Shown here in pieces: positions 1 to 6,467 of a DNA stretch of 32,000 nucleotides. The DNA lies in contig NZ_LN885086.1 of assembly GCF_001458695.1 (NCBI RefSeq), positions 2,970,001 through 3,002,000 of the forward strand. The letters are read 5' to 3'. The notes under the pieces were generated by a model. That model was given only the letters and a program-made list of their open reading frames with translations, searched no databases and was not told where the DNA came from. Numbering within the stretch: the first letter of the stretch is position 1; each line of letters starts with the position of its first letter. The stretch is from Candidatus Nitrospira inopinata (lineage in GTDB: Bacteria > Nitrospirota > Nitrospiria > Nitrospirales > Nitrospiraceae). A program made the position numbers and the translations under genes.

Positions 1-752
1 TCATCTCGGTGGATGAAGACTATCGCATCACCCGCTTCGACGAGAAGCCGGCCAATCCAACGCCCCTGCCGGACAATCCCACCCACGCGTTCGCGTCCAT
101 GGGCATCTATCTGTTCCGGACCAAGGCCATTCGCGAACACCTCATCGGGGATGCCCAAGAAGGAGGTGCCCATGATTTCGGCAGAAACATCATCCCGCGG
201 ATGATCGGGCAACACCGCGTCTATGCCTTTAAGTTTCAGGACGCCAACAAAAAGGCGATCCAGTATTGGCGCGACATCGGCACGTTGGACGCCTTCTGGG
301 AAGCCAACATGGACCTGGTGTCCGTGGATCCCCAGTTCAATTTGTATGATCCCGAATGGCCGATCCGCACCTATCAAGGTCAATTTCCCCCGGCCAAATT
401 CGTGTTCGCCCAGGATTTTCAAGGGGGCCGGATGGGAGTCGCCCTTGATTCCATCGTCAGCGGCGGGTGCATCGTTTCCGGCGCGCGGGTGCAAAATTCG
501 ATTCTTTCACCCAACGTCAGGGTGCAAGATCACGCCGACGTGCGGGAATCCATCCTCATGGACAACGTGCAGATCGGCCCCCACAGCCGCATCAAACGGG
601 CGATCATCGACAAAGACGTCGTCATCCCGCCCCGCACGGAAATCGGATACGATCGCGAGGCCGACGCCAAGCGATTCAAAGTGACCGATTCCGGAATCGT
701 CGTGATTTCGAAGGGAATGGACCTGCATGCCGCCATCGATTCATCCGGTTGA
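1..752 (+). CDS. glgC: Glucose-1-phosphate adenylyltransferase, C-terminal part (5' end lies outside the window)
   Basis: The frame is open from base 3. The translation (FDEKPANP..., AFASMGIYLF, WRDIGTLDAFWEANMDL, then a left-handed beta-helix repeat region SIVSGGCIVSGARVQNSILSPNVRV) matches the conserved GlgC architecture. Stop is TGA at 750-752. Confidence 0.9.
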   Translation, partial: ISVDEDYRITRFDEKPANPTPLPDNPTHAFASMGIYLFRTKAIREHLIGDAQEGGAHDFGRNIIPRMIGQHRVYAFKFQDANKKAIQYWRDIGTLDAFWEANMDLVSVDPQFNLYDPEWPIRTYQGQFPPAKFVFAQDFQGGRMGVALDSIVSGGCIVSGARVQNSILSPNVRVQDHADVRESILMDNVQIGPHSRIKRAIIDKDVVIPPRTEIGYDREADAKRFKVTDSGIVVISKGMDLHAAIDSSG

Positions 753-2583
753 CCTGATCGACGCCCTGCGCCAGAAACACCTGACTCCCGCCATCGTTTT
801 TCTGACGTCGCGTCGCGCCTGCGACGAGGCGATGGAATCGTTCGACCACGCCGCCGTCGTCCTCCCTCCCGCTCGTCAAGAGGCCATCGACGCCGTGCTC
901 CAACAGGTGATCGCGCAATACCCGAGCGTGGCGGACCATCCGTTGATTCCCACCGTGCGACGGATCGGCGTCGCGGCGCACCATGCGGGGCATCTGCCAT
1001 CCTGGAAAATCGCCGTCGAAGAACTGATGCGGCAAGGCTGCCTCGACGCCGTCTTCGCCACGACCACGTTGGCCGCCGGTGTGGACTTTCCCGCCCGCAC
1101 CGTCGTTATCACCCAATCCAGCATTCGCAAAGCGCGGGACTTTACCGATCTGACGATCGGCGAAGTACAACAAATAGCCGGACGCGCGGGGCGGCGCGGA
1201 AAAGACCAGGTCGGCTTCGCCGTCGTAGCCCCCTCGCCCTATATCGACCTGAGCGTGCTCACCAAGGGATTGACCGGCCATCCGGAACCCATCGACAGTC
1301 AATTCACCATCACCTATCCGATGGTGCTCAACCTGCTGAAGGCTCACCCCCTTGAGCAGATTCAGTCGATCCTGGCCAAGAGCTTCGCCCAGTTTCAGCT
1401 CAATCGGCGCGCCGAGCTCTTGGAACGCAAACTGGACGCCCTGCACGTTCAGATGGAGCCCTTCGGCCCCCGAATTTGCACCGATTGGATCACTCAATGG
1501 CAGACCTTCGACCAAGCCCGTCGGCAACGTCCACAACGCCACCAGGCCCGCCATGAGTCGCCGGAACTGACTGCGCGCTTTCACTTCATGACACCGGGCC
1601 GGGTCGTTGGTCTCGCCCGTGGGCGCGGCGTCGTGCTCCGGCAGTATCGGAGCAAGGGCCAGCGACACCCCATGATTTCGGTGCTCCGGCCGAACGGCTC
1701 CGTGACGGAATGTCCCGCCGCCGCCGTGGTCGAGATCTTCGACCGCGTGTTCGATTGCGAAGAAACCGCCTCGTTTCCCTGGTGCTCGGCGGCGTCTTTT
1801 GACGAGCTCTGCTATCAACTGACGGAACTGCCTCCGCGACTGCCGGTTCTGCCGATTTTGGTTTCCCACGAGTCGGCCCCCCTTCCCGACACCGTCGTTC
1901 AGTCCCTCGGCGATTTTCCCTGCCCGACCTGTCCTTCCCGTCCGGCCTGCCAGAAGGATTTCGCCACCGCGCACCGGCTCCGTCAGGAACAGCACCGCCA
2001 CGTCAAATCCATTCAAGCCCTGCGAGCCAGTCTGTGGCACCGATTTCAAGAGCGGGTCGACGTGCTCCAGAAATTCGGGTATTTGACCCCCTCCGCACAA
2101 CTGACGGCCGAGGGAGAATGGGCGCGATTGATCCGGATCGACCATTCGTTGCTGATCACGGAATTGATCCGAGCCGAGGCGTTCAGCGGCGTCGAGCCCG
2201 CCGTTCTCACGGGCATCCTGGCCAGCATCGCGCACGACGATGATCGCCCCGGCGCCTTTCCTCGCATCAGCCCGGGCTTGAGCTCACTATTGGGCCAAGT
2301 GCGAAAACTGGCGGAGAGTCTGTCACCGTACGAAGAGCCGCCGCTTCTGAGGGCCGATGTCGCGGCCATCGCCGAACGGTGGGTGGCCGACCCCAACCTC
2401 ACATGGATCGGACTCTGCCGCATGACCACGATGGCGGAAGGCGATCTCTACAGGCTTCTGGCCAGGACCTTGGAGTTCCTCTCGCAGATCCACGCTTTGC
2501 ATGCTACGCATCCAGGACTGGCGGACACGGCTTCAAGGGCCATCGCCCTCATTCGCCGGGGAGTGTTGGAGGAATTGCCATGA
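727..2583 (+). CDS. Ski2/HelY-type helicase, C-terminal half only (RecA2 domain, arch/KOW-like insertion, DSHCT-like C-terminal domain)
   Basis: Begins exactly at helicase motif IV (PAIVFLTSRRACDEA). This is followed by GVAAHHAGHLPSWK, motif V FATTTLAAGVDFPARTVVI and motif VI QIAGRAGRRGKD. Next come a KOW-like segment (TPGRVVGLARGRGVVLRQY), a Cys cluster (CPTCPSRPAC) and a DSHCT-like tail (LTAEGEWARLIRIDHSLLITELI...EGDLYRLLARTLEFLSQI). No motif I, II or III is present. The ATG at 727 overlaps the last 26 nt of glgC. Confidence 0.8.
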   Translation: MPPSIHPVDLIDALRQKHLTPAIVFLTSRRACDEAMESFDHAAVVLPPARQEAIDAVLQQVIAQYPSVADHPLIPTVRRIGVAAHHAGHLPSWKIAVEELMRQGCLDAVFATTTLAAGVDFPARTVVITQSSIRKARDFTDLTIGEVQQIAGRAGRRGKDQVGFAVVAPSPYIDLSVLTKGLTGHPEPIDSQFTITYPMVLNLLKAHPLEQIQSILAKSFAQFQLNRRAELLERKLDALHVQMEPFGPRICTDWITQWQTFDQARRQRPQRHQARHESPELTARFHFMTPGRVVGLARGRGVVLRQYRSKGQRHPMISVLRPNGSVTECPAAAVVEIFDRVFDCEETASFPWCSAASFDELCYQLTELPPRLPVLPILVSHESAPLPDTVVQSLGDFPCPTCPSRPACQKDFATAHRLRQEQHRHVKSIQALRASLWHRFQERVDVLQKFGYLTPSAQLTAEGEWARLIRIDHSLLITELIRAEAFSGVEPAVLTGILASIAHDDDRPGAFPRISPGLSSLLGQVRKLAESLSPYEEPPLLRADVAAIAERWVADPNLTWIGLCRMTTMAEGDLYRLLARTLEFLSQIHALHATHPGLADTASRAIALIRRGVLEELP

Positions 2584-2674
2584 GGACACGTTCTCTTCTG
2601 CTTCAAACCGGCACGTCGGCGGCCAGTCGTTTGACGGAAGATTGCCGCCGAATCATGAGCGGTCAGGTGAGGCC

Positions 2675-3745
2675 ATGACGACGGACGAGCTCGAACAACT
2701 CTTGGCGCAACAGCCGGTTGCGCTTTTGCATCGCTTGGCCCGCGGACGGGTGCATCGCCATTTCCGCGCCGGCAAGCGGCGCCTGATCGAGCTGTTGCTT
2801 CAACATTCAAGCCAAAACCTGGCGGGCCTCGAGTCGGATTTGCAAACATTGCTCGCCGAGCGGCAGGCTCTTCCTCAGCGACCTAAAACTCCCGCACGGC
2901 GAAAAGAAGAACCGGCGCCCGCCCATCCCAAACGTCAACAGTCCCCGACCACGGGAGGAGAGTCGGAAACGAGCGGACCGGCTGTCTCGCTCGCAAACTG
3001 GCTTGAAGGGATCGGCGTTCCCCCGCCTCAACCGTTCGTGCCCGACCCCTGGCAGGTCGAAGCCTTGGCCGCCCTGGCCGACGGCGACGTCGTCGTCAGC
3101 GTACCGACCGGCAGTGGAAAGACCTACGTGGCGGTCGAAGCCGCCCGCCGCGCCATGGAGGATAACCGCACGGTGATCTACACGTCGCCGCTCAAAGCCT
3201 TGTCCAACACCAAGTTCACTGAATTTTCCCGTCTCTTCGGACCCGAGAAGGTGGGGATTCTCACCGGCGACCGTCAGGAAAACGGTCAGGCTCCCCTGCT
3301 GATCATGACGACGGAGATTCTACGGAACCTGCTTTATGACGCGGCAAGCGGCGAAATCGACGTGCGGTTGGATACCTTGGGGCTCGTCATCTTGGACGAA
3401 TCGCAGTATCTGGCCGATCCGGAGCGGGGTGTCGTCTGGGAAGAAACCATCATCTTTTGCCCATCGCAGGCCAGACTCCTGCTCCTGTCGGCGTCCATCG
3501 GCAATCCGCAGGACATCGCCGACTGGCTGTCGTCGATCCGCACGACGACCTGCCGCTTGATCCGGCACAACAAACGCACCGTGCCGCTCCGCGCGGGCTA
3601 TCTCCATCCCAACGGCAAATTGGTGCCGCTGTTCAAGACGGCGGCGATCCCCTACGGCCACCCCAATCAGCTCCACCCGGAAGCCAAACGGCTCTTCATG
3701 CAATATGAGGAAGAAACGATGCCGTCCGGTCGTCCCAGACGGTAA
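2675..3745 (+). CDS. Ski2/HelY-type helicase, N-terminal half only (about 130-aa extension plus RecA1 domain)
   Basis: Contains the Q-motif region PFVPDPWQVEAL, motif I VPTGSGKTY, motif Ia TSPLKALSNTKF, LIMTTEILRN, motif II ILDESQYL and motif III LLSASIGN. It ends at RTVPLRAGYL, the RecA1/RecA2 linker. The ATG at 2675 is preceded by GGTGAGG (SD-like) 3 nt upstream. The longer 2501 start overlaps the upstream ORF and was not favoured. Confidence 0.8.
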   Translation: MTTDELEQLLAQQPVALLHRLARGRVHRHFRAGKRRLIELLLQHSSQNLAGLESDLQTLLAERQALPQRPKTPARRKEEPAPAHPKRQQSPTTGGESETSGPAVSLANWLEGIGVPPPQPFVPDPWQVEALAALADGDVVVSVPTGSGKTYVAVEAARRAMEDNRTVIYTSPLKALSNTKFTEFSRLFGPEKVGILTGDRQENGQAPLLIMTTEILRNLLYDAASGEIDVRLDTLGLVILDESQYLADPERGVVWEETIIFCPSQARLLLLSASIGNPQDIADWLSSIRTTTCRLIRHNKRTVPLRAGYLHPNGKLVPLFKTAAIPYGHPNQLHPEAKRLFMQYEEETMPSGRPRR

Positions 3746-3746
3746 T

Positions 3747-4778
3747 CTAGAACCGATAGAGAATACCCGCCGTCAGACCGTGCCGCAGTGATTCCATTTC
3801 GGTCAAGGGGTAGGAAAATGACTGCCCATCGGCCTGGTGGCTCTTCCACGTCCCATCGATCAACCGATTCCACCAGACGCGATAGCCCACATAGCCGGAG
3901 AATGAAGTCGTCAACGACACCGTCGCCATGATATCGGCATCCGCACCGAAACCGATGCCCCTCATCGTAAAGCTGGGATCTTGAAACTCACTCGGCACGC
4001 GAAGGTGGTGGGTGTCGTCGTTCGTAACGAAATTGATCGGCTTGATAATCACCGATCCGCGCACGCTGAACCAGCGAGTCAGGTGATAATCGGCTTGAAT
4101 CCCGGTTCGAAGCGAATACCAGGTATTGGTGTTGGAAACGACAAGAATATTATTGGAAGTTGGAGCAGCTCCCGGGTCACAGAGGGGGTTGACGCCGGGC
4201 GTGACCGGATCAAGGTCGATGGAGGATCCCGCCGCCGAGCAGAGTACTTGACGCACGCCATAGGCGCGATGGCGCTGCCGCCAGTATTGAAACCCACCGA
4301 TTGCCTCAAGATTGCCCTTGCCGTGGTGAAATTCCAGCACCCTGGCGCCAACGTCCGCGTTCAAATACCACACGCCGGACCCGTCCAGATCACTGTGAGT
4401 CCTCAAGGACGGAGCTCCGCCATCCGGTGTGAGAAAGTCGTCATCCGTGAGACGACCGCCGCCGATGCGGGCGCCGCCGACGTTCAAGCGACCGAACCAT
4501 CGCGGTCCCACCGACACCTTGGCGGTCAACTCCACGATATTGGTCGAGTGGTCCTCATAAATCAGGCGAGACGTCGGATTCCCAAGCGGCGGGAACGATG
4601 AGGCGTTGTGGCTCCATCTTGTCTCGCCGACACTGATCCAGGTTCCAAGACCAAGCTCGACGGCCACCCGCTTGGCCGGCGGCGGCTCTTGAGCTGAAAC
4701 CGAGCCGATCGGTAGCAGCAAGCAAAGGGCCGCGGCCGCCGGCAACGAACCGATTACAGAGGAGCGGCATCTTGTCAT
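3747..4778 (-). CDS. Omptin-family (peptidase A26-like) outer-membrane beta-barrel protease, with signal peptide
   Basis: Signal peptide is MTRCRSSVIGSLPAAAALCLLLPIGSVSAQE. GGGRLTDDDFLTPDGG...RTHSD aligns with E. coli OmpT GGNMVDQDWMDSS...SRHPD (catalytic D83/D85, recalled from memory). NDDTHH aligns with OmpT DNDEHY (D210/H212). The C-terminus TAGILYRF resembles OmpT TAGLKYTF, an aromatic OMP terminus. The start at 4778 forms an ATGA overlap with the upstream ORF. Confidence 0.6.
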   Translation of the reverse strand: MTRCRSSVIGSLPAAAALCLLLPIGSVSAQEPPPAKRVAVELGLGTWISVGETRWSHNASSFPPLGNPTSRLIYEDHSTNIVELTAKVSVGPRWFGRLNVGGARIGGGRLTDDDFLTPDGGAPSLRTHSDLDGSGVWYLNADVGARVLEFHHGKGNLEAIGGFQYWRQRHRAYGVRQVLCSAAGSSIDLDPVTPGVNPLCDPGAAPTSNNILVVSNTNTWYSLRTGIQADYHLTRWFSVRGSVIIKPINFVTNDDTHHLRVPSEFQDPSFTMRGIGFGADADIMATVSLTTSFSGYVGYRVWWNRLIDGTWKSHQADGQSFSYPLTEMESLRHGLTAGILYRF

Positions 4779-5053
4779 CGTTTGCCCCCGCCTCGCTGAA
4801 GAGTGACCGTATCGACGCACCGTTGCACCTTTTCCGGCATCGTCCGTTCGCAAGCAGCTCGTATGGCCTGATCGTCCAGCTCACGCTGAAGATGGAGCGA
4901 AAACCACACCAGCCACGTTCCGACCGCCGCTAGGAGAAGAATTCCGCCCGCCACATAGCCCCAGATCATCCAGGGGGACAGCCTCCGATCGGAAACAACG
5001 GGCCTCGTCTCTTTTTCCGAGTCAGTGACCAGATGAACCGGCGGCATCGACAT
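4775..5053 (-). CDS. Small single-pass membrane protein of unknown function (92 aa)
   Basis: The ATG at 5053 is preceded by GGGAGG 7 nt upstream. There is one clear TM segment (WMIWGYVAGGILLLAAVGTWLVWF) followed by a ~45-aa tail with two Cys. Its stop overlaps the omptin-like start (ATGA at 4775-4778). No family was recognised. Confidence 0.5.
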   Translation of the reverse strand: MSMPPVHLVTDSEKETRPVVSDRRLSPWMIWGYVAGGILLLAAVGTWLVWFSLHLQRELDDQAIRAACERTMPEKVQRCVDTVTLQRGGGKR

Positions 5054-5230
5054 AGGCAAGCCTCCCACCCCACTGTTTCCTGACCGTTCCTTAACCACTC
5101 TCCCGAACGACGATCTCGGCGGAAATCATACCTGAGAGTGAAAATCCGAGACAGTAGTTTTCATTCTTCATTCAAGAGCGCTCACGGCAGCCGATCGCTG
5201 AATCGGCATGCTTACGCCTGTACCGGTTGG

Positions 5231-5331
5231 GGCGGAAAAGGAGTGGAACTTAACCGGGTCATCTTGGTAAGATGCGGCCCGTTCGGAAGAGCCGAACGGG
5301 AATAAAGTCGAGTAGCCCTTTTGCTTCCGCC
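5231..5331 (+). ncRNA. Structured ~100-nt element of unknown identity, directly upstream of tRNA-Phe (strand not established)
   Basis: A closing 7-bp stem, GGCGGAA (5231-5237) with TTCCGCC (5325-5331), encloses two hairpins. The first is CATCTT/AAGATG (5260-5274). The second is a perfect 9-bp stem CCCGTTCGG/CCGAACGGG (5278-5300, loop AAGAG). No protein-coding signal is present. I could not match it to SRP, tmRNA, 6S or tRNA consensus. Confidence 0.3.
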
Positions 5332-5354
5332 AGAGTCAGTGCCGTCACGTCCGT

Positions 5355-5430
5355 GCCGAGGTAGCTCAGTTGGCAGAGCACAGCCCTGAAAAGGCTGGTG
5401 TCGACAGTTCGATTCTGTCCCTCGGCACCA
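5355..5430 (+). tRNA. tRNA-Phe (anticodon GAA), 76 nt with encoded CCA
   Basis: GCCGAGGTAGCTCAGTTGGCAGAGCACAGCCCTGAAAAGGCTGGTGTCGACAGTTCGATTCTGTCCCTCGGCACCA. The 7-bp acceptor stem is GCCGAGG/CCTCGGC, with D-loop AGCTCAGTTGGCAGAGC. The anticodon stem CAGCC/GGCTG carries loop CTGAAAA (GAA at 5388-5390). The T-arm is GACAG-TTCGATT-CTGTC, with discriminator A followed by CCA. Confidence 0.95.
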
Positions 5431-5614
5431 CTGTTCACACCCGATCCACATCGATAAAATTGCTTGGCGCTTAGAGCGATGCGGCCGGGAACCGCGTCAT
5501 AAACCGTCTTTCGTGAGAACTTATTGCGTCATGGAGAGAAGGCGGCCATCGTACCGAACAAATCGGCGCAATTGAGTTCCACGACGCATCGAGAATTTCC
5601 CTCTCTTCGCCCCC

Positions 5615-5643
5615 TTGACCGTCCATCACCATCGGTCTAGACT
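5615..5643 (+). promoter_or_regulatory. Candidate sigma70-type promoter for the His-rich protein gene
   Basis: TTGACC (5615-5620), a 17-nt spacer, then TAGACT (5638-5643), about 47 nt upstream of the GTG start. The spacer contains the inverted repeat GACCG...CGGTC. Prediction by eye only. Confidence 0.35.
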
Positions 5644-5689
5644 TTGCTCATCGACTTGCAACCAACCTTCCACGAAAGGAGCCCCCGCC

Positions 5690-6037
5690 GTGAGCGATCA
5701 CCCGATTCACGATCAGCACAGCCATCGACACGGAACCGGTTGCGGCCATGCCGCTGTTCTTCATGACGGCCACACGGATTATCTGCATGACGGCCACCTG
5801 CATCACCTCCATGGCGACCATGTCGATGAACATCGCCTGGACGTGACGCAACAGAACCCCGTTGCCTGCACGCCGACCCATCGCTGCGAGGGTCACGATG
5901 CGGATCATCGCCACGGCGCAACCTGCGGGCATCAAGCCGTCCCTCACGGCGATCACGTGGACTATTTGGTTGCCGGCCATTTGCACTTCGCCCATGGGGC
6001 CCATTGCGACGACCATGGAGCCGTGCGGTTCGCCTAG
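5690..6037 (+). CDS. Histidine-rich putative metal-binding protein made of two tandem ~45-aa repeats (115 aa)
   Basis: The GTG at 5690 is preceded by AAGGAG (5676-5681) at 8-nt spacing. Repeat 1 is HRHGTGCGHAAVLHDGHTDYLHDGHLHHLHGDHVDEH. Repeat 2 is HRHGATCGHQAVPHGDHVDYLVAGHLHFAHGAHCDDH. About a quarter of the residues are His. The longer 5615 start lacks an SD. Confidence 0.65.
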   Translation: MSDHPIHDQHSHRHGTGCGHAAVLHDGHTDYLHDGHLHHLHGDHVDEHRLDVTQQNPVACTPTHRCEGHDADHRHGATCGHQAVPHGDHVDYLVAGHLHFAHGAHCDDHGAVRFA

Positions 6038-6074
6038 AACTGCTTGACGCCGAGAAGGTTTGATCCACTCAGCC

Positions 6075-6115
6075 CCCCTGACCACCTTTTTCTCTGGGTC
6101 ACCAATGGTCAGGGG
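6075..6115. terminator. 10-bp inverted repeat between convergent genes, a possible bidirectional terminator
   Basis: CCCCTGACCA (6075-6084) pairs with TGGTCAGGGG (6106-6115). The loop contains a T-run (CCTTTTTCTCT). It lies between the His-rich gene stop (6037) and the ZIP remnant stop (6134). Confidence 0.4.
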
Positions 6116-6133
6116 TCGCTTCTCTCACGATCT

Positions 6134-6441
6134 TCATCCCTCCCGATGGTGACGGAAATGTAGCAAGAGGGTCAACGGCACGATGGTGACCATGCCGACA
6201 ATCATCATCGTAAATTGCCCCCCTTGGGCACCCCCATGTGCCCATGTAACGTCGGGACGAGATCGGCCGGCCCCACGTAGAGAAAACTTGCCGCTACCAC
6301 AGACAGCGCAGAGGGAATTAAGGTGTCGGCATAGGCCAACCCTCCATAGCCCATGCCAAGGCCAATGGACGGCTGAGCAAGCAGGAAGAAATGATTATCG
6401 TCGAGAAACCGATGGAGCCTTGACGTGAAGCCAAGGTCCAT
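6134..6441 (-). pseudogene. ZIP-family (ZupT/GufA-like) metal transporter remnant: the C-terminal ~100 aa only, also frameshifted
   Basis: FFLLAQPSIGLGMGYGGLAYADTLIPSALSVVAASFLYVGPADLVPTLHGH resembles the last TM helices of ZIP transporters (compare E. coli ZupT ...GGVLAYL...AGIMVALSVDELMPLA, recalled from memory). The frame stops at 6205. A +1 shift at the C6/G6 homopolymer (6218-6223) continues as GQFTMMIVGMVTIVPLTLLLHF..., a typical final ZIP helix, to the TGA at 6134-6136. The N-terminal ~150 aa, including the HNxPEG motif, are absent. Confidence 0.5.
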
Positions 6442-6467
6442 CGGTTCTCCTATGCTGAACTGTTCCC

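Noticed and set aside
676-2235. 519-aa ORF on the minus strand, antisense to the helicase C-half. Similar long antisense ORFs occur at 18639-20333 (+), 24831-25811 (+), 13486-14409 (+), 15291-16013 (+), 10141-11025 (-), 7905-8831 (+) and 22640-23401 (+).
   Set aside because: Their translations are Arg/Gly/Pro/Asp-rich low-complexity sequence with no motifs. Each lies opposite a gene with a clear family signature. Such shadow ORFs are typical of high-GC DNA.
2501-2674. Longer start codons offered by the ORF track: 2501 for the helicase N-half, 4853 for the omptin-like gene, 16118 for degP, 16989 for fbaB, 18934 for DUF3108, 8672 for tatD, 26801 for capD and 29631 for GT2.
   Set aside because: These extensions overlap the upstream genes and encode Arg-rich non-conserved sequence. 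Internal starts coincide with conserved N-termini, SD sequences, signal peptides or ATGA coupling.
5231-5332. The idea that the structured element is a second tRNA, for example tRNA-Sec or a long-variable-arm tRNA, because of its 7-bp terminal stem followed by an unpaired A.
   Set aside because: It has no T-loop (GTTCRANNC in the right place), no D-arm, no 7-nt anticodon loop and no TCA anticodon. The 9-bp hairpin does not fit any tRNA arm.
5212-5451. 79-aa minus-strand ORF across the tRNA region.
   Set aside because: It overlaps a canonical tRNA-Phe and the structured non-coding element, and its translation shows no protein-like features.
5637-6085. Two ~145-aa minus-strand ORFs, and one plus-strand alternative frame, overlapping the His-rich gene.
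   Set aside because: The plus-strand frame starting at GTG 5690 has an SD and a clean internal protein repeat. The antisense frames are by-products of the repetitive CAC/CAT-rich sequence.
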